A DNA stretch of 64,000 nt, from the NCBI GenBank assembly GCA_951406725.2, contig OX597814.1:59644001-59708000 (forward strand), read 5' to 3'. The position numbers and the translations under genes were made by a program. Below, in pieces: positions 57,981 to 64,000 of the stretch. This DNA comes from Octopus vulgaris. Lineage: Eukaryota. Below the pieces are notes generated by a model. That model worked only from the letters and a program-made list of their open reading frames with translations. It was not told the DNA's origin and made no database searches. Every line of letters starts with the position of its first letter. The first letter of the stretch is position 1.

Positions 57981-57984
<4 letters not shown>
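57546..57984 (+). mobile_element. Direct-repeat-bounded hammerhead-containing unit (pLTR or retrozyme-like, 353-bp period)
   Basis: 86-bp direct repeats at 57546-57631 and 57899-57984 (three mismatches) with a hammerhead motif between them; ends at (TA)n. Confidence 0.7.
57776..57820 (+). ncRNA. Minimal type-I hammerhead motif (CCGAUGA variant)
   Basis: cacacg-CCGAUGA-cGGGU-caau-ACUCa-GAAA-CUCGAG-UC-caugug: palindromic ACUCGAGU stem III, GUC cleavage triplet, stem I with one CpG-type mismatch. Confidence 0.65.
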
Positions 57985-58060
<76 letters not shown>

Positions 58061-58264
58061 GGGTATGAGAGGTATTGGTGTTACGAAAACAGGTAATGCT
58101 AAGTAAGTGCTATGGATAGACCGTGGTTAAGCTCCAGGTTCGATAATGATACGAATGAGGAATCCAACGTGGGTCATGTATTAACATGTATATATATAAA
58201 TTGACATAATGTGATAAAAAATCCAAGGCTGTAAATAGTTTTCGGAACATTTATAGAGAAAAGG

Positions 58265-58310
58265 TCTTACAGAGGTTTCCGGGATATTTTATATATCCCT
58301 TCATCGGAGA
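58265..58310 (-). ncRNA. Minimal type-I hammerhead motif (CCGAUGA variant, decayed stem III)
   Basis: ucu-CCGAUGA-a-GGGAUAU-auaaa-AUAUCCC-g-GAAA-CcucuG-UA-aga: 7-bp stem II, GUA triplet. Confidence 0.6.
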
Positions 58311-58601
58311 TGGTGCGAGAAAATGTTAGAGTGTTTATTATTGTAGAGAAGATATGAAATACTGAGGGAAGTAAGAGGATGAGAATAAAAGATACATAAG
58401 GATATTATATTTGCAGTTCCATTATTCAAGTAGAATGGTGTATACACTTATACGACTTATATACACCGTTCTACTTGAATAATTGAACTACAAATACAAT
58501 ATCCTTATGTATCTCACTTCTATTTTCACTCTCTTACCTCCCTTTCTAATTCATATCTTCTTTACAATAATTAACACTCAAACATATTCTCGCACCGTCT
58601 C
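58307..58601. repeat. Imperfect foldback, ~140-bp arms with ~15-nt spacer
   Basis: gagatggtgcgagaa...ttattcaagtagaatggtgtata (58307-58444) pairs with tatacaccgttctacttgaataa...ttctcgcaccgtctc (58460-58601). Confidence 0.88.
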
Positions 58602-58615
58602 ATTATTATTATCAT

Positions 58616-58689
58616 TCAGGTCACTGCCTGAAGCGAACTCAGAATCTTAGGGCTAGTAGCCCGCGCACTTAACCACTATGCCCGTGGGG

Positions 58690-58690
<1 letters not shown>
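58616..58690 (-). mobile_element. Short tRNA-like (Pol III A/B-box) head with (TAA)n tail
   Basis: Minus strand gggcatagtggttaagtgcgcgggctactagccctaagattctgagttcgcttcaggcagtgacctg followed by aatgataataataat; not a complete cloverleaf. Confidence 0.6.
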
Positions 58691-58774
<84 letters not shown>

Positions 58775-58832
58775 TATAATGATAATAATAATAATAATAA
58801 TAATAATAGTAATAATAATAATAATAATGGCT

Positions 58833-59627
58833 AATGGCCTCTGGCTTAAAATCTGAAACAGAGGGGTTTATCATAGCAGCTCAAGATCAATGTCTACCAA
58901 CAAGAAACTACCAGGCCAACATATTAAAGATCAGAAGCAGTCCAACGTGTCGTGTATGCAAGCAACAAAATGAAACCATTGACCATGTGGTCTCCAAGTG
59001 CAGTCTTCTAGCGCCTACAGAGTATCTCAACAGACACGATAGAGCTGCACAATATATTCACTGGGTAATCTGTAAAAACCTGGATTTGCCCCATGAAAAA
59101 AACAGACATCATATTGAAAGACTTCAAACAAAGAACATGCCTCCTCATTGATATGACTGTCCCAATCGATATAAACGTATCTGTCAAGACCTACCAAAAA
59201 CTGAGCAAATATAAAGATCTTGAAGTAGAAATCATCAAAATGTGGAAGCTGAAGACTTAAACAATACCTGTTGTCATAGGTGCCCTGGGAATGATAGCAA
59301 AAGGGGCTGATAGCTACCTAACTCAGATACCAGGAAACCCAAAAATGGTAGAAGTTCAAAAGATAGTGCTCATGGGAACTGCTCATATCCTACGCAAAAT
59401 ACTCTCTATGTAATCTCAAGGTTTAAAACAAACATAATTTTCGGTTTAAAAAGAAAAAAAAAAAAAAACTTTTTTTTTAGACATTCATTAGTACAACATC
59501 CCCACCCCCCAAATATATGGCACACTAGGCATAACAACAACATGAACTTCCAACCCTGTTGTCTCTTGAGGTCTCTGGGTGAGACTTGGAGCCAACTTGT
59601 ACAAATATAAAGCAAAAGTCAAACATA

Positions 59628-59628
<1 letters not shown>
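58833..59628 (+). mobile_element. 5'-truncated R4/Dong-clade LINE (second subfamily) in (TAA)n
   Basis: SGLKSETEGFIIAAQDQCLPTRNY, CRVC...ETIDHVVSKC...RHD, deletion, LIDMTVP...KLSKYKDLEVE...GTAHILRKILSM*; 3' UTR ends in (TAA)n. Confidence 0.9.
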
Positions 59629-60150
<522 letters not shown>

Positions 60151-60619
60151 TTATCATTTCAAACTTTCGGAGACATTTCGAAAAGACTTTCTCATTACAT
60201 TTATTTTCTTACTTGTAACTCTATATCTAGCAATTATCTAACTATCGATCTAGCGAGATATGTGCCTGTCCGTCTGTTCTACGTGTGTATGTGTAGTCAA
60301 TTTTCCGATGTTTTTCTCTTTTTAACCTGGACAGATGTTCGGGATGAGAGATGGAAAAGACAGAATTTAAGATGCAGAGTGAGAAAAAGAGATACTGAGA
60401 CAGACTGTCATATACGCATACGCATATACGTACGCGCATGCACACCCGGCATAATGAAATATATTTTGTTAGACTAACGATTATGAACTAAATATCATAT
60501 ATGTGTGCGCATTAGACATTATTCAGGATATGGAAATACATATTGATATTTATGTTTATACACAATGTATCTAATATCTATGATGACAGGTGTAGACATT
60601 GGAATGTGAATAGTGATTT

Positions 60620-60828
60620 CAAATTTTTGTACAGGGCCAGCAATTTCCGTGGAGGGTATAAATCGATTTCATCAGCCAGAATGCTCAGCTGATGTTTAAT
60701 TAATAGACTCCGGGAAGATGAAAAGCAATGTCGATCTCCGGTGGAAATTGAACTCAAAACATAGACACGGACGTACTGCAGCTAAGCATTTTTGCCCGGC
60801 GTGTTAATTATACTACCAGCTCGCCGCA
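60620..60828 (-). mobile_element. SINE family A, degenerate
   Basis: gatgaaaagcaatgtcga...ttgaactca...gctaagcattt.tgcccggcgtg...ccagctcgccgc. Confidence 0.72.
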
Positions 60829-63699
60829 TTAATGTAAGCAACTATGGTGAACCATATCGGTACTCAAGCTTTCAAGAAAATTATCTACGTTAAGGTGCCA
60901 TCTTGTTAGAGGCGAGTGTAATGAAAATACGAATTAAATCTCAACAACAATGAAAATAGCAAAAGAAATATTGAAATATACTAAAAATAGCAGTTAATAC
61001 ATCAGCCCTAGCACCATCGCCAACAACAAGGAGCATGTAGATACTGAAAATACAAAGATACATTAAACGCAGGGCTTCCTACAGCGTTAGAGGTGACACG
61101 GATAAGTATATAAATATTGTAATGGCATAATGGTTGCTGTACACTATCGACTCCGATAGTGTATTTAAAGAACACACGAAAATTAAAATTAAGCTACTGT
61201 TTCCATTTATCAGATTTCCATCATTCTTGCTTATAATTCCAGTTAATTTCATTTGTGCATTATGGAGATTTGAAAATCTTCCGTTTTAGTAGGCACTGAA
61301 AGATAACACTTCTCAGATTCTATCCAAAATTAATGTATGTGTATGTATGACCAGAAATAGGGGAAAGGAGCGTAGTTAATTATACCAATGATACTTACGT
61401 GTATTTTATTTTATCGAGCATGAAATGATCAAAGGCTTATAAATCTTTGTGAGATTCAAAATAAATTGTAACTTATTGTTCTATTATTTCTATTTAAAGT
61501 ATTCGCTAAGGACAGTGGTACATCATTACCTAGAGAAGGAGCTAGGGTAGTGCTATAGGTAATCATCAATGCGCTTTACAACAGGCAAGCACCGGGTTCT
61601 TGATAGTAAAAAACTCATTTACAGAAGAAAAACACTTTCACTAAAACTTGTAGAGCCTAAAGCAGGTATACCTGAAAAATGTCTTTCTAATAGTGAAATC
61701 TTAATATAATTACTGATATCAAAGCTGATTTGCTTGCATCTCTATGTGGTTGAGATGTTTATACCATAGCCACACGGTTCTATATTTGATTGTACTGAAT
61801 AACCCTTTAGGTGTGCGTTTTCTGCAAAAGTTTCAAGTTTATTAATGGTGGAAAAGAGGAGCCAAAATCTCTGTAGAGACATATCTTGTGAGTGTGAATG
61901 GGTGTTTCTGTATTTTAGTGTGTGTGTGAGAGGGAGAGGAGGAGAGTATGCGTGTGTGTATATGTAAGTTTATTTACGTATGTCTATGTTTATGTTTATC
62001 TCTTTATCAAAACTGTTGCTTATGTTAAGCCCCACCAGATTCTGTAACTTCGACAAATAGTAATAGTAAATGGCTACAGAGCAATGACAGAACCCTGTAA
62101 ATGTACAAACATAATTTTAGGTGAAATGTAAATTATGATTATAAATATGTTATTCTTACTGCTAGAGAAATGAATATATTGTTATACACTATCATTTCCT
62201 AGCTAAGGAAGGGTATTAAAAACTACTAATGAATGGAATGAGGTCAATAAATAGTTATTCCTTAATAGAAGTCTTAGTTTCTCAAGAAAGAAATCTAGAA
62301 TAATAATTAACTATTGTAATTTATATTATTAATGGAATTTGCTTTAAAATGTCATGCAAGCAGAATTCTCTAAACTGACTAATGTATTATAATGTATTAT
62401 CTAAAATGTAAATTGAGTATTTTACTAAAATAAATTACATGTGTTTCAGAAGCCTTTTCTCGAGAATGTATAATAGTTATTTTGAAGCAATTAACGCAAA
62501 GCACAGAATTCCTCCGTTTATCATTACCGTCACTGCTAACTGAAATTCATTTACAAATTCATGATAATATTTCAGATAAATCAAATATTTTAAATTGACT
62601 GTAGGTTTAAAATTATGTCAGCTATAATTCAACATAATTTATATCTATGAAAGATAATTTAATGTCTCCAAAACATTTATATGATATTATTCGGTAATTA
62701 AGCTCAAAAATTGACCACATTCATGACTGAAGTTTATGGTTCCTACAGGGAAATTATATGGTATGCAGAAATATTTATCAAGTATGAACAGGGTAACTAG
62801 TGTTAATCTAATTTTTTACTTCTTTTTAATTATGCCTCAGAGGTACTCCTAGCGTAATGAAAGAAACAGAATTAAGTATTAATTTCAATATTATAGAAAA
62901 TTTTTTGTAAATTTTAAGAATATGTGAAAGGGATAAAATTTATTTTTTAGAAAAGCATGCAGTATGGAAAATATTCAAATGAGGTTAAATGCAACAATTG
63001 GTATATGACGGTTGAGAGTCAAGAAGCAGAAAAGTATATGGTTCAAGACAGGTTCACAGATGAACTATTTTGAAAAGGAATTCGCTTTAACATATGCATA
63101 TATAGCTTACTGTTTAATTAGAAATTAATCAGAGTTGATCTATGAAATGAAACATCAATTTAGCAAATATTCACGTGAAAGAGGTTGTTGAAGTCAAAAG
63201 TAAACAAAAGTTGACCCTACCTACACCATAGCAGTTTTTCTATACATGGTAGTTATGAAATGTGCCATATAATTGCAATATTGATAAAAAGAAGTTTTAA
63301 AAATATCCATTTCAAGTTTTGCGACTGTTACCTTTCTTCCTAGTAGGTATATACACGAAATTAAAGCAATGGATGCACGAGTTTGCTTCATAGTTGAGTT
63401 AGAAATCTCAGCTGAGTATCCTTCGGAACATTAAAATTAGAATTAACACATTTCCTGTAAGCAATCATCCTACTTTTAACCTGGTTGCATCTTATTTTCA
63501 CGACAGTTATATCTGTTCTTAGTTTCAATAACTTTGTAATACATTGGACTTCGTCGCATCCACCTAAGCCACATATTTGTCAAAGATGAAAACATTATTT
63601 GTGAACTATCTACTAAATTCACGAGTCATTTCAAGTGTCCGGTTAATGATTATCACCATCACTTTCCGTATCACTGTCCGATCCTACTCTGTCAAGGAA

Positions 63700-64000
63700 A
63701 TCACTTTCACTAAGTTTACTGTCACTATCTGGAATGATTAATCTATTTCAACGACTTTCAGTCTCTTCACTTTCCCCTTCCCTTTGAAGGCACTGGTACT
63801 ATCGCACCCGGTGAATGCAGGATAACCCAGCAATGCAGAACAGAGAACAGGCGTGGAAGACATAACCAGCTTGGTCACATCGATACAGCGTCTTGTGTTT
63901 CCCTTTCCAGTTTCAAACAGAAATCTAGCATGGTGACGTAAGATGAAAAATATGTCTGAATCGAGACTCCTCACGCGAATGGATTTGCATGCAAGTTCTT
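63700..64000 (-). mobile_element. Academ (AcademX-type) DNA transposon fragment, XPG-like nuclease domain; runs off the window end
   Basis: VRSLDSDIFFIL...FETGKGNTRRCID...ALLGYPAFTGCDSTSAFKGKGK matches the DTDV / HAFTGCD..S.F.GKGK PIN-H3TH signature of Academ proteins; degenerate downstream. Confidence 0.65.

Overview
AT-rich eukaryotic non-genic (intergenic or intronic) DNA. The SINE repertoire and dense TA/CA/TAA/TATG microsatellites suggest an Octopus (coleoid cephalopod) genome; this is inference from repeat families. I found no supportable host exon, rRNA, intact tRNA gene or CRISPR array, and most ORFs in the track are microsatellite or antisense-transposon artefacts. Recognisable elements: at least five distinct R4/Dong-clade LINE lineages (restriction-like endonuclease), most stacked in (TAA)n arrays, one of them ~2 kb and nearly intact; an RTE/BovB-like LINE; two Tc1 copies with TIRs; several mariner remnants; a canonical non-autonomous Helitron; an Academ (XPG-domain) fragment; and many tRNA-derived SINEs. 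The most interesting signal is non-coding. At least five minimal type-I hammerhead ribozyme motifs of the Penelope/retrozyme kind occur in three different sequence families. They lie in (i) a foldback carrying two opposed ribozymes (41.7-42.0 kb), (ii) an 86-bp direct-repeat-bounded 353-bp retrozyme-like unit (57.5-58.0 kb), (iii) a second foldback (58.3-58.6 kb) and (iv) a possible tRNA-head/(TAA)n/hammerhead composite later invaded by two R4 LINEs (58.6-60.2 kb). A perfect 145-bp palindrome lies at 20.1-20.3 kb.
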